Source of the DNA: Nageia nagi
Taxonomy: Eukaryota; Plantae; Pinophyta
Direction: 5' to 3'
DNA: 64,000 nucleotides
NCBI GenBank assembly: GCA_050084985.1
Contig: JBITNC010000001.1
Span: forward strand, 138,880,001 to 138,944,000
Shown piece by piece: positions 35,700 to 49,880 of this stretch; positions within the stretch are counted from its first letter, which is position 1, and each line of letters starts with the position of its first letter. Made by a program: the position numbers and the translations under genes. The notes under the pieces were generated by a model that searched no databases, had not been told where the DNA came from, and worked only from the letters and a program-made list of their open reading frames with translations.

Positions 35700-38000
35700 A
35701 GGCCTATCAATATTTCATAACTTAAAAAGACTCATCATGGCTCAAGATATTGTAGTTATGTAAGCCCTAAATATAGAATTACAAGATCAACTAAAATAGG
35801 AAAATGATAACTTGGGTGTTCTAGATAAAAAAATTTAGTTAAGGAGTTCTCATAAAATTCCTTAATATATGATCTTTCTCTTTTAAAATTGATAGTGGCT
35901 TTCGGCCATTTAGTTTTTGGCAACATCAAGGTTCATAAGATCTAGGATCAAGAATCATACAATGGTTTTAGTAGCAAGGTTGTACTTCAAAATTATATCT
36001 AAGATAAAGACTAATAATTGGATTAGGTGTTGATTATTTGTGAAAAATAAGAAATGAAGACATCTTATTTCTTCTTCAACATGGATGTAAAACTATTGTA
36101 AAGGACTAAATAAGAAAATCTAGAGTTGGGTGAGATGGTAGACAGTTATGACACTTGGGATCATATAAAAATACTCCTAAGAGTTCAATTCCATCCCACC
36201 AATGCTACTAAGAAATATTATGAAAGGTCAATGATGATGAAATGGATTGGATCAATTCAGGACTATGTCAAGGCTTACTCAAAATATGAACTATTTAATT
36301 TCAATTACGATACATATACTTGGGCCAAGAATGAGCTCAACCATTAGAACTTGAAACAAACCCCTAAAAATATTATGGATCTAGATAAGGTAACTAATTA
36401 TTAGGATAGAAATAATTTTTCTAATAAAATTTCAAGTAAGGAGAAGCATGGTGGATATAGTAAAAATACCTATAGATCCATTTGCCCGATGGTAGAAAAG
36501 GTTGGCTAGACAAATTAGATCATTATAAAAGGTTTAGCACTAAGCTTGATAAGAAATTAAGGGATCAAATAGAGGTTCAAGAACTATGGTAAGGGAAAAC
36601 TCCTAGGGTCCCCAAAAATAAAAAAATAATGGCAATGGTCTAGAGTCAAACTATAAATGCTTTATTTGGTATAATGTGGATCACCTTGTCATAGAATATC
36701 CAATGAAATTAAGGATTAATGTAATGGCCCTGGGAGATTCCTTACCCAAACCATAATTCTCTTTCCCTAAATCTTTAAATCCTACATGAACATTGATAAT
36801 TAACTTAAAAAATACTAAAAATATTATGATTCCTTAATGCCATATGTTAATTTAAGAGCAGAACTATCAAAATCCATTAGGAAACTTATAATTTATTGAA
36901 ATACATTGAAGTCACTATCAATAAGCAAAACATTGAGGCACTTATCGATTATGGTGGACTAATAATTATTTTTTAGATAAGTTGTTTAAGGAAAATTGAG
37001 CATGAATATGACTAAATATGACCATGAAATCATGGTGGTAAATCCCTTGCAAGGAAAGATAGTGAGTTGGGTAGAAATTTCTATGAATTATGAGGCACTA
37101 AACAAGTTAATGATTACTAATAAATATTTTATACAACTATTTGAATACTACTTTGATAGATTTGAGAGGGTAACTTACTTCTGTAAAATGGACCTAAAGT
37201 AGGGATACTATCATGATTGGATAGTATAAGGAGATGAAGAGAAAACCATGTGTGTGACTCAGTATGGCTCCTATAAATTTATGGTTATGATATTCAAGTT
37301 TACAATGATACAATAACTTTTTATAAAGTAATAAATAATATTATCCATCTTTTCTTTGAAAAGATTATGATGATGTTCTTAGATGATATCTTAGTGTATA
37401 GTAAAATGTTGAAGGAAGATAAATCTCATCTTACCAAGGTATTTGAGCTTCTCTAAGAGAATAAATTATATGTTCAAAGAGAGATGTATATATTTAATCT
37501 AAATTTTAATTTCTTTTACACATGATTGGTATTGGTACCATCCACCCTAATCCTTAGAAATTGCAAGCCATAAAGGATTGGGAAGTGCCTAAGGATATTC
37601 ATCATGTGAGCCAGTTCTTGGTGTTCAAAACCTACTACCATAAGTTTATAATCTTTTTGTTTCAAAATCACTTCTCCACTAAATTACTCTAAAAAGGTAG
37701 AAAGTGCTCATTTATAGAGAGGATACAAGAAAAATTTGATGAACATAAGGTGAAATCGATATCTTATCATATTTTTTTACTTTACCTAATTCTTTAAAAA
37801 TTTTGAAATGTAGATGGATGCTTCCAACTTTTCATTTAGTGGTGTCTTGGTTCAAGATTGTTATCCTATAGCATCTAAATCATAGAGGGGGGTGAAAGAT
37901 AAAAAATGTAGGTATTTAACTCATGATAAATAAATTGTTATAATAGTTCATTATTTGAGATTTGATACTATTATATATTATGACATTAATTTCTATTACT
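35700..38000 (+). mobile_element. Degenerate Ty3/Gypsy gag-RT-RNase H, chromovirus-like, internally deleted
   Basis: gag TWDHIK..LR.QFHP.N...GSIQDYVK (36126-36347); RT NYEALNKLMITNKY...FCKMDLK.GYYH, GDEEKT.CVT.YGSY, FLDDILVYS; RNase H DASNF..SGVLVQD.YPIA. Confidence 0.82.
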
Positions 38001-38439
38001 ATCTAGGAAAGGAAAATGTGGGGTAAGTGTGAGAAGTTGGTTCCACTTTATGGTAAAAAAAGTGGAAGTCTTTTTCTTTATTTTCAAGTTTACTTATAAT
38101 TTATCTCAAAATTTGAAGTACTTAGACATGGAATCATGAAAAACATCACTAAATTCATAATGTAATACTCAAAGACTAATTTTTAAACATGTAATTTATT
38201 TCAATAAACCAATAAGAAAATTTAAATTTTGATATTGATGAAATAAAAGCCACTTTTTAAAATATATAGTTATAGGAATATACCACACACATGTTTGAAA
38301 AGCATAATTTGAACTCAATAAAACTATTTTTTAAAATCATTATAGGCATAGATATCTAGGCTATTGAAACTTTTTGTGGATATTTTTTTATAAATATTTT
38401 TTTAATTAATTTTCCATTATTCATATTTGTTGTTACAAA

Positions 38440-40752
38440 AAGTGTTCTTGTCCAATGTGAAAAAATTTGATCCAATGTTATCTATTTTTCAATTTTTTTA
38501 ATCTTATAGAGAATTATTTGCAACTTATCCCCATATAGTGTTTTTCATAATTCTCAAAAAATAAAAAGTTATCAATAAAAAAGGATACAGTTATATTTCA
38601 AGTACATGAATTAATTTCCTTGAAGAATTGCAAAACAAATTGCATATTTAAAACATACTCTTTCATTTGTAATGGATTTCAATTTCATTAAAAATCTACT
38701 AAAACCTCCATCAAACATATGTTTGAAGTTAATATTTTCTAGTGAAATTCCCATAAATACATACTTGCAATTCCAAGGTTAAGGGTTGTCTTACCTAGCC
38801 TTTCCCAAGCCTAAACTGAGCTTAAATTAGAGGTAAATGCATTTAAATATATCAGTATCCTAATTTGAATTTAAAAATTGATATATATATATATATAGCC
38901 TAAGCAAAATCAAGATCTTGATAAGTACTAGGATCCTGGTCCTAAATCAACATATCAGTATAAACTATGTTAAAATTGATATCCTAATTTTTCTACCATT
39001 GTGTTTAAGTCCTTTGATTTCCTCTCTTAGTGGAATCATACTCTTGCATTCACCCTATGGTCAAAGATGCTTTAAATAGAAAAGCCCAATATCAAATAGA
39101 TGTTGATGATATCAAGTGAGAGAGGATCCTATTTCCCTCTTAATATTATAGGTAGTAAATGAGAGTAGGTATAATAAATAAAATAAAATTCTTTTGAATG
39201 AATATCTCATCATGTGAATCCATAAAGGTATGGAAAAAGACTCTCAAGCATATATATTTGATGATTTAGCAATAATAAATGGATTGACACCATATAATAA
39301 ATTTAGAATAAAATATGCTTTGTTAATATATTAAAAAAAAATTGCATGTTTCTCCCAAAGAGGAACATGATACCTAAGAAACTATAGAGAAAATAACAAG
39401 ATACACCTTGGATAGGAAGCCATTAGAGGGATAGGGACTCAGTCTTAGTATCTCATGTTCTATTGGCCAAAGATGATATGGTATGTTGAGTTTTATATGA
39501 ATATTTTTTGATCTACCAATAGTATAATGTTGAATGTAAATAAAACAACAAAGCTCCCGCAACCTTTACTAGTTCCAGTTAGATTGTAGGGTTTGATGAT
39601 TATGAAATTCATAATAAAGATTGGAAAAATAATATGGTTTCATTCATCAAAATTGAAATATACAATGAATGCATATAGAAAATCCTACATCAATATATTT
39701 ACATTTCATAAATAAGTCCATTCTTGAGAGCACCTCAATGGTACATTTGAATGTGAATGATGTGCAACTACATATTAGGAATGCAAAATACACAATCTAT
39801 TTTTTAAGAAAATATAAAAAACTTAATATATAGTATATTTATATGATTTTGTAAGCTGGCTTATTCCTTAGTATGTTTCAACTAACCTCTAAGGTATTCC
39901 AACTAGTTTCAATTGAAAAGTGGTATAAAACTAGGATGGTCCAAGAGGTAAACCATTCTTGGTCTCTAAAGAGAAGGAGTATTTAAACCATACTTAAACA
40001 TGCCATTCAACTCCAAAAAATATACCTTGTTGGTAACTAACCTCATAATAAATTCTTGTATGCATTTTTCACATAAATCTACTACAAGAAGTAGATTCAT
40101 AGGGAGACATTACGTAGATATCAATCGAATATTGATGGCATCCATTCCCAAGCTCATCCTCTGTTTAGATTTAGTATTGTAAAACTTACATGGGAATAAA
40201 GTTTTATATTTCAAGAAATTATCTACAATGACCATTATATTTGAATAATAATTCATTTCTTGGACCTTTATAATGAATTCAATACTAACTAAGATCCCTA
40301 ATCTAAATAGAATTGGTAAAGGTTAGTGGAGCCCTGCTTGTTTATTTGCATTAAATTTAACATTATTGGTAAATCAAATAACTCTAAACATAATCCTTAA
40401 CATATAATATCATCTTAATCTAATAGAGCCCATTATACGCTATGGTCAAGATCTTATCCCTCCCAAGGTACCCTACCCAAGGTGTATCATGGTATTCACT
40501 CAATAATTCCTTAGGAAATCCTTCCCTCTTTGAATAAAGATAAGGTTTTACAAATATAGTAGGAAAGAAAGTTTAATTTTAATCTTAGTCAAATGGCATC
40601 AACCCTTTTCCTAATATCAAATCATTGAAACCATATATGCCTTCAACTAAGGGTCTCCTTCCATACATTTACAGATTCATAGGATAAGATCTTAATAAAA
40701 AATAATTTCTTTACTTCTTCTAATTATCCTCATATATTACTTTCATTATTAT
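38440..40752. repeat. Second copy of the composite Gypsy-derived block (29825-32128)
   Basis: Colinear homology by eye, including both oppositely oriented integrase-region fragments. Confidence 0.75.
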
Positions 40753-41380
40753 AGGTCTCTTACAATTTACCTGATTTGATGGATTTGAACTTCTCTTTAT
40801 AAGGTAACAACTATTTAGAATTTTCAATCAAATCTTTTGAAGTTTTTTTTTTAATAGGGTAATTTTTTTAAATAAAACAAGTGTTATTTCATAGGATATC
40901 CAAACCCTTACAAGATAGTAGTATCCATATTTTAGTTACAACCTTTAAAGAAGTAAGTTCTAAAGAAAGAAAATTATTTGTTTCCCATAATGGAAACAAA
41001 TAAGTAAGTTCTAAAGGAGTAATTTTAATCTTAGTCAAATGGCATCAACCCTTTTCCTAATATCAAATCATTGAAGCCGTATATGCCTTCAACTAAGGGT
41101 CTCCTTCCATACATTTACAGATTCATAGGATAAGATCTTAATAAAAAATAATTTCTTTACTTCTTCTAATTATCATCATATATTACTTTCATTATTATAG
41201 GTCTCTTACAATTTACCTGATTTGATGGATTTGAACTTCTCTTTATAAGGTAACAACTATTTAGAATTTTCAATCAAATCTTTTGAAGTTTTTTTTTAAT
41301 AGGGTAATTTTTTTAAATAAAACAAGTGTTATTTCATAGGATATCCAAACCCTTACAAGATAGTAGTATCCATATTTTAG
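40574..41380. repeat. Recent ~361-bp direct duplication (40574-40935 / 41020-41380) with intervening filler
   Basis: The copies differ at only ~4 positions. Confidence 0.93.
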
Positions 41381-43830
41381 CTTGTATCCTTCAGCCTATC
41401 TGATGTGGTCTTCAGGTCCTTGTAGGTGACTTATCCTATAACTATTTATTATATAAAAGAACCTCTACTATGAATGCTAATTAGTTCTTTAGTAATAGTA
41501 AATTCACATGATAATAAGAGACCCATAAAAACATCAAGCTATATTACATTTAACTACTTTATTTACAAAATAATTTTATAACTTCACAAAAAAAACTACT
41601 TCAGTATTCTTTAAGAAAATTACTCATGATATTCATCTTAAGTTTTACCCCAAGTGAAGCATCACCATATTAGAATTATTTAGAAACTTGCACCCATCTA
41701 ATTGTAGTTGTTATTAAAGTACTTAATATAAATTTATTTTTCATTGGGTGTTTGTGAACATTAGCTTACTTGCAATAATGTCAAACAAAGGGCTTAGTTT
41801 TGCCTTTCCTTCTAATTTCTTTTGCAATTATTTTGTTGTATAGTGGTATCTCTAATGGTGACCTCATTGAATCCTATAAAAGCCTCCGCTATATTCCCTC
41901 TATTGAAGATAAAGTAAATGCATGTGGTTGTTTATGTTGTTTGAACACTATTCTCTTACTACCTTATTTTTGTTTTTGGCACTTGTCTTTCCTCACCATC
42001 ACATCCCCTTTCTCAACTTGCTTCTGTTACCTTTTTACTTTCCTTTACATGATTTCCATATCACTCCTTATTGTTCCTCTTCTTTTACTTGTACCTCCAT
42101 GGGATTTTATTTGGTATATCTCTAATCATATGAAGCTATATAGGTCAATGGTATGCATGTTTATCTCTTTCTCATAATCTATATCTCTATTTATTAGGCT
42201 TGATAAGTTAATACTATCCTCATACTTTTTGCCCTATGCTTCAAAACTTTCAGCATTCTTAACCTCATTTTTAATGTTTATCAATGGTAATAATCTTATT
42301 TTTCACTATAAGCTACAAAAAAATTTACTATTTAGAATTAGCTTTTGGAACCAAACATTATTAATCAAAAACCACCCTCATGTTTATGTTCTAAAATTCT
42401 ATATGCAAAATTGACAAAAAAAGTGTTCTTTTTTTTCAATTTAAAAAGTAATCCTCTTGCACTTTAAAATTGGAAGATGAGTTTTCAACATGAATTTTAA
42501 TCATTTCAATACTTCTACTTGTAGGGAGAGAGTTCATGCATGGGAAAATATTTCTTAAAAAATTTATCTTAAGTTTTTTTATGAAAAACTTCTCCTTTGG
42601 TTCTAAATAAAGTGTTTATGATTATTTATGTTGCAGCAAAGTGTACAAGATCATAAAGGATTTGATCTCTCATCCACCTATCCCTTTAGATATTAATTTT
42701 TTGGCCATTTCCCACCATCCATCTTTATTCTTAAAACTATGATAAGGAGATCATTAATATAAATGATAATTTTCCTAAAGGAAGAGTTCCTCCTTAGGCG
42801 AATTCTTGCCAAGAAAGAATAATTCATATATTTTGGTTTTAGAATTCTTATTCATCCCATTGTTTCATCCTTGAATATATATTTAACTTGATATTAAAAA
42901 GAAACCAAGGTGTTACTAATAAAGCTTAATTATGAAGTGTTGATAAAAGTGTCGCAAAATTAACAAAAATTTAGATGTATTTTATTTGCATAAATGGTAT
43001 GAAAAAATTAATCTATGTTTAAAATTGTAGTGTTTAAAAGTTTTTAGTTGTTTATAGAAGAAAATAAACTAGCTTTGATATAATCCCTTATATATATACA
43101 AAAATGTCAACAGATATCATTCCCAAATAATTTAGAAATTAAATTCTAATATTATCAATAATATAGATTATAAACTATTTCATAGTTTATAATATAATAT
43201 TTTAGAAACTAATGTTTACACCATATGTATATAAAAAATTAAAAATAATGAATGTATAAATTTAAAACACCGAATATATAAATTTAAAACACCTAATGCA
43301 TTTAAATATATTTATTTGAATACACATCAAATGAATTTAATTACATATTTAAAATAATAAATGTATTGTATAATATTAAATTATATATAAATTAAAATAA
43401 AAAATGTATAAATTTAAAGCAACCAATATTTTAAATATATTAAACTATATACAACTAATATATTTATATCCACATATTATTAAATTTATATTTAAAATAA
43501 TTAATAGAGTTAGTTGTTGATGACAAACTTAGAGACAGAATGACATTAGTTACAATTTTTGATATAAAAAATCAATTACAAATTATATTTTTCTTAGAAG
43601 TGTACTCACATTGAAAAAAATAAAATTAGAACAAAAAAGCAGGAGATTGCTACAATAATGCATAAGCAACTTACAAAAAAATTAGTTTATAATTCTTAAC
43701 ATTATACATCTATAATATGCATCACCATAGAAGGAAATAATATGTAAAAGAGTTTCAAAATTGAAATTTATACTATATTAAATCCTACACTTATTAACAA
43801 ATCCACACACATAAAATGAAAAATTGATAA
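40755..43830 (-). repeat. Repeat X, more diverged copy (2 of 3), interrupted by a patchwork insertion and an AT-rich segment (~43080-43540)
   Basis: Colinear with 44625-46965 and 4140-6420. Confidence 0.7.
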
Positions 43831-44429
43831 ACACTCTTCTATTCTACTTTCTTCTTCGACTTGTTCCTCCCTATGCCATTTTTCTCCGGATTCTTGCTTT
43901 TCTCCGTCAAATTTCGAGGATTATTTTAGAGGAGGCACCCCCTTGCTGCTCTTGAATGGACTAAAGGTTTTGTTAGGGGTTCTGCTTCAGTTCCAGGTTT
44001 TACTCTTACTTCCCCTCCTCCTTAGTATTTGCTTGTTTTCATTTCTATTTTTTCCCCTTGTTAACTATTGTGCGTTGAGGGGTTTCTTATTTGTTCCTTT
44101 GGTGGACTCTTGGTTCTGCTAGTTTTGACAAAGATGTAGGATATCGATGCATGATGATCTTCATAGAAGGATAGCATTGCCATCCACCGGGAGGATTGTC
44201 TAGGGTCGCCTAGCATTTTTGTAGGTTTTGGAAGAGATCCATAGCCTCTTCTTGAAACGACCTCCTCAAGAGGATATTCTTAGCGACGACTTGGAGATTC
44301 AACATCATTCCATATTTATAATAGACACTATCTTGCTAGAGTCCTTCTGGGAGATACCTCTTGTGAGAGAGGAGAAAATTCCATTATGGGAAACAAATAA
44401 TTTTCTTTCTTTTAGCCCATGTTTCAAAT

Positions 44430-46799
44430 TTAGAATGGACATATTAAAGGTCTTTTGGAAGGTTGTTGTAATATTTTAAAATGAAACACCATAGTAGAAA
44501 ATGTGAGTAGTACTTTAAGTTTTTTACATAAGTTCAAATTTCTAAAATGTAAATGTATAGAGTCCTAATACCATTAAAAGAATTCCATATCCCTGTGATT
44601 TTATAAGTTCACTTTTTGGAAGGACTGTTAAAATTTACCCTGCCTTTATGCATTTTCAAATTCTCCTTATAAAGGTAACAACCATTTACGATTTTTCAAT
44701 CTATGCTTTTCAAGGTACTTTTTAATTAAATGGGTAAACATTCTTAATAAACAAGTTTAATTTTATAAGATCTCCAAAACCTTACAAGCTGACAGTATCC
44801 ATGTTTTAGTTTCAACCTTTAAAACATTAATTTTTGAATTGCTACATTCTTCTCTACAGGTATATTATCCTATCACTATTCCTTAGAGAAAATAACTTCT
44901 ACCACCAACGCCAATTAATTCTTCAGTAACAATAAAACCACATGATAACAAAAGTCCCATTAATACATTAAACTATATTGCCTTTAACTACTTTCTTTAC
45001 AAAACAATTTTATAATTTCCCACAAAACCTTCTTCAGTCTTCTTTAGGAAAATTAATCATTATGTTTATCCTACGTTTCCCCCAAGTGAAGGATCACCAT
45101 CTCAGATTTATTTGAAAATTTGAATCCCATCGGATTGTAGTTATTCTTGAAGTACTTATTATTCATTTCCTTTTCATCACTTAACTTTTGCTTACCTGCA
45201 ATAAATACATACAAAGGACTTGGTTGGGCTTTCTTCTTATGCAAATATTTTGTTGTATAATGGTATCTCTATTGGTGACCTAGCTAGAACCTCAAGAAGC
45301 CTCCTCCATCTTCCCTCTAATCAAGGCTAGGTAGTTGCGTGCAGATCTTTGTGTTGTTTCAACTACATACTCCTACTGTCTTGTTTTCCTTCCTCGCACT
45401 TGTCTTTCCTCACCTTAACATCCTCTTCCTCAAATTTTATCTCTTTGCTTTTCGTTTTCATTTCCATGGTTTCAATATCACTGACACTCCTTGTTGTTGC
45501 TCTTGCTTTGCTTGTAGCTTCATGAGACTTTATCTGGTATATCTCTTGTGGTATGAAGCTATATAGGTCAATGGTATGCATGTCTATCTCTTTCTCATAA
45601 TCTATACCTCTATTCTTTGGGCTTTGTAAGTTACTACTCTCCTTCCACTGTTTGCTCTGTGCTATAGAGTTTTCAGCATTCTTAGCCTCGCTTGTATCCT
45701 TCAGCCTATCTGATGTGGTCTTCAGGTCCTTGTACAGATTCCCGTTTTTAAGCTTATCAATGGTAAGAATCTTATTTTTCATTACAAGCTAGAAAAAAAT
45801 TTACTATTTGGAATTAGCTTTTTCAACAAAAATTTATTAATCAACAATAAGCCTCTACATTTACGTTCTATAATTCTATATGCAAAATTGCCAAAATAAA
45901 AGAGTTTTTTTCTTTTCTCAATTCCAAAAGTACTCCTCTTACATCTTTAAAATCGAAAGATTAACTTTTTAACAATTCTCCATTATCCATATTTATTCTT
46001 AAATCTATGACTAGGAGATCCTTATCCTTTTTTGAGATTAACTTTTTGACAATTCCCCATTATTCATATTTATTCTTAAATCTATGACTAAGTGATCCTT
46101 AGTATAGGTGATAATTTACCCAAAGGAAGAACTCCTCCATAGAGGTATTCTTGCAAAGAAAGAATAACTAAGCTATTTTGATTTTAGAATTCTTATTCAT
46201 CCCAATGGTTAACTCTTGAATATATTTAACTTGATATTGTAAAAAAACAAAGATGTTTCTAATAAAGTTAAATTATGAAGTGTCAATAAAAGTATTACAA
46301 AATTTACATAATTGTACATGTATGTTATGTGCATAAATGGTATAAAAAAAATATTATAAAAAAAATAATCTATGTTTAGAATCTTAGGGTTAAAACTTTT
46401 TTAGTAGTTTATAAAAGAAAATAAATTATATTCTATAACACATTAATTGAAATATTTGGATTAGATATATATCTTTTATTAAGAATAAAATTCATCTACA
46501 AAACTCATAAAATTTACAACAATTAGGACTTTGACATTTTCCTATTTCTCACCTTTTTCTTTATCCTACCATAGAACCACCTAATGTTAATTTATAGTTT
46601 AAGTCCTTTCAACTTAAGAATCTCTATCATCTTTCCAAATATGAATGCCACATGTGCCAATTCTACTAGATTATTTACAATTTTCGACATAAACATTCAA
46701 TTATATTTTGTATTTTTCTTAGAAGTATAATGACTAATGATAAACAGCATACTTACATCAAAGGGGTATGAGATTCATACAATTGTATACAAATAAATT

Positions 46800-46838
<39 letters not shown>

Positions 46839-46960
46839 GATAACATCATACATGTACAATATGCATCACCATAAAAATAAAAAAAAAACATGTAAAAATA
46901 TTTCAAAATTTAAATTTGTACTATATTAAATCTTACACTTATTAACAAATCCACACGCAT
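44430..46960 (-). repeat. Repeat X, copy 3 of 3, with a 139-aa charged ORF at 45363-45782
   Basis: Colinear with 3950-6420 from TTTAGAATGGA.ATATTAAAGGTC; marks the start of duplication unit C. Confidence 0.72.
46803..46835. repeat. (AT)n microsatellite
   Basis: Direct reading. Confidence 0.95.
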
Positions 46961-49313
46961 AAAATTAAAAATTAATATTTTTCTTTTATTTTAAAATTTT
47001 AAAATAATCTTTAATACTTTCAATCATGAACATATTTTATTATTTTATTATCTCAACACAGTAATTCTTACTAAATTTGTAGAGTAAAATTAAATTTCCT
47101 AACTTCTCTTTATTTTTATGCCATGTCGCATTCTCCGTCATTCACTGCGCTTAGTTCTTTGACATAATGTCAAATCCAATTGTCACATTGCATTTTCCTC
47201 TGCCACATACGAATTTCAATGATGTCTCTCTCCTTTCTCCGCCCACACTGAAGATAATCAACCCAATGCATGTGTCTTTGATACAAATTTCTTTACCCAT
47301 GATAAATTCAAAAGCGTACTGGTTTATACAAGACACACTTCTTGGGTAGACAGTAATGCATTACTTCTTTACTCAATCAATATTAGCTCATAAACTTTTA
47401 TTATATTTTGAATATGTTCTTTTTATCTTTTATATATATATGGTTAACCTTTTTCATATAAATTTTTGTCAATATTAATGTTATTGGCATCATGTTCTAT
47501 TTATAATACTTGTTGAAATCTAGTAAAATTAGAACTTTTTACTCTATCGTTGTTCAACAATAGGCGTCCACAAGAATTTCATTAGTATATTTATTCAACT
47601 TTTAGAATATAATTAAGAAATAAAAAATCTTTAAATTAAAGAGTCCTTAATGATGATCAATTAATAATTACTTTTATTTTCTCATAATCTTCCAAATGCC
47701 AAGTGTATTAGCTCTCCTTCATTAAGCTACAGTTTTTCAAATCGACTAACAGTTCCATTTTTTCCAATCATAAACCTCCTTCTCACCAAATTGTTGCTCC
47801 TTGTTCTTGGTAAACAACAAAATATCAACTAATTATTATTTCGTTGCGTAATCTTCCCTTTGGGTGTTTTTCTGCCGTAAAGAACAGAGTTAAAAATGCA
47901 AGGTTTGAAAATCGTGCTATACAAATTCCGTGCCAATGGTACCGGACCTTTGGGCTGCGCGTATATATTTGAAATATTACCAAATACAATTGCCATGAAC
48001 TACCGTATATATTTGAAAGATTACCAAATACAATTGAAAATCGTGCTATACAAATTTCTGCCGTAGAGACCGGAGTTCAAAATGCAACGTTTTAAAATCG
48101 TGCTAAACAGATTTCGTGTCAATGGTATCGGACTTTTGGGCTGCGCGTATTTATTTGAAAGATTACCATGAACTTGCCTAATTGTCGACCAAGAAAACGA
48201 AGGTTTACTGACCTATGCAAAGAAATTACCAGTAGTTCTCTTAGAAAACGTTCCCGAAATTATTGAAAGCTTTTCCAAGTAGGCGGTTGTGGACTGAATG
48301 TTATATTAAGGCTTGTTTATATTACGTATTCACATGGGAATCGAAAGATAGCCCAATCTATGCAAAAATGAGAATCGCAAGCAAAAATGCGGCGGATGCA
48401 TTCTCCCGTTGCTATAAACAAATTATATTCAATGTACATGAAAGAAAGAATAGATGTATGGTTAAATGAAAGCTGAGCTACCGTGGAGTTAAACAGTTTT
48501 TGAATTGTATTGAGACAAAATACTACAGCAGCATTCAAAGAAAAATAGAATAGTAATGAGACAAAATAGTATAATATTATTTTAAAAAATGGAATAGTAA
48601 TAAGACAAAATAATCAAGCAGCAGTGGAAAATAAACATAATAGTTAAATACTATTTTGTCCCAATACAACTCAAAAGTAGCAAAACTTTTGTCAATGAGA
48701 AAATGAAATATCATTAGTTCATTTTTCTCCGAGTGATATTTTTCTTTGAATTATAAACGAAGATTTAGGTGAACAGATTGTGAGTATGTTGAGGAGGACT
48801 ATCAATGAAGGATTCGCAAGCAGAAAGAAGAAATAAATAAAAGTCATAAAATTTGTTATATGGTTAATTAAAATTTAAAATTTTATTATATATATTAAAT
48901 TGAAAGAAAAATGATTCATGTAACAAAGTTTTAGTTTAGAATAATAGTCGCAAATGCTTTATAAGATAATTATTATTTATTATTTTAAGTTATATTTAAA
49001 AGTTCATCATTAAGTAAAATATGTGTTTTTTAAAATGAAAAATTTTAGGAAGAATTTTCTACTAAATAATCATAAGGTTTTTCAAAGATAATAACAAAGA
49101 TAAACTTTTAGAAGACAATAAAACTCCTATAGATAAATCTATAAAAGATTAAAGATATCTTAATCAAAATCAAAGTCATCCAAGCACCATTACCCATCAA
49201 CCTGTTCCGTCAATTTGCAACCATTTCTAGACTTATACTTCTTCTACCTGTTCCATCAATTGACATACAAGAAAAATCTGACCGGAATCCTCTTGGGAAA
49301 CTCCGTGGGCTTT

Positions 49314-49349
49314 ACGCGTACTAGGCAGCTGAGTACGCGTTTTATATTA
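49314..49349 (+). promoter_or_regulatory. LBD proximal promoter: inverted repeat ACGCGTACT-N9-AGTACGCGT abutting a TATA-like TTTATATTA
   Basis: Lies 41-76 bp upstream of the ATG at 49390. The distal arm is degraded in copy B, while the proximal arm and TATA-like sequence are conserved (15003-15020). Confidence 0.5.
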
Positions 49350-49389
49350 GGGCTTCTTCAAGCTGCGTAAATACATCGAAAGAGGAAAC

Positions 49390-49880
49390 ATGGCTACCAC
49401 GCCGTGCGCTGCATGTAGAATGCAACGCAAAAAATGCAGCCCAGAGTGCATTCTAGCTCCATATTTTCCATCCAGCAATCCAGAAAAATTTGAAGTTGCT
49501 AAAAAACTTTTCGGAACTAGTCGACTTGTCAAAACGCTTCAAGTAAATTTCTTACAAATCTGTTTTTTCGCACATTTGCTTTAGATTGGTTACTTCGTCT
49601 TACGTAGTTATGATTGCAGAGTGTTGCTGTCGAGCAGAGATCGGATGCTGTGAATAGCATGGTTTATGAAGCGAGCGCCAGGCTCCGGGATCCTATCAAC
49701 GGTTCTATCGGAACTGTAAATCGCCTGAAGAGGAAAATATATGAGTTGGAGTCTGAGTTGGCAGGCAACCTAGCAGAGCTGGAGAGAATGCGCATGAAGC
49801 GAGATAATCTTATGTCTCACCTCTTCCCTTCATATGATATAGGAGGTGCGCAGATGCCCATTGAAAAATTCATGTCGTAG
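49390..49880 (+). CDS. LBD: Class I LBD/LOB-domain transcription factor, copy C: exon 1 49390-49542, intron 49543-49619, exon 2 49620-49880; 137 aa
   Basis: C-block CAACRMQRKKCSPEC (CX2CX6CX3C), APYFP, FG.S, DAVNSMVYEA.AR.RDP..G GAS block and LX6LX3LX6L zipper (LKRKIYELESELAGNLAEL). Phase-0 GTAAAT...TTGCAG 77-nt intron after K.LQ. Confidence 0.93.

Noticed and set aside
43830-44412. GC-richer segment, possibly a LINE or other TE fragment
   Set aside because: No diagnostic motif could be read, so it is left unassigned apart from its role as a filler template.
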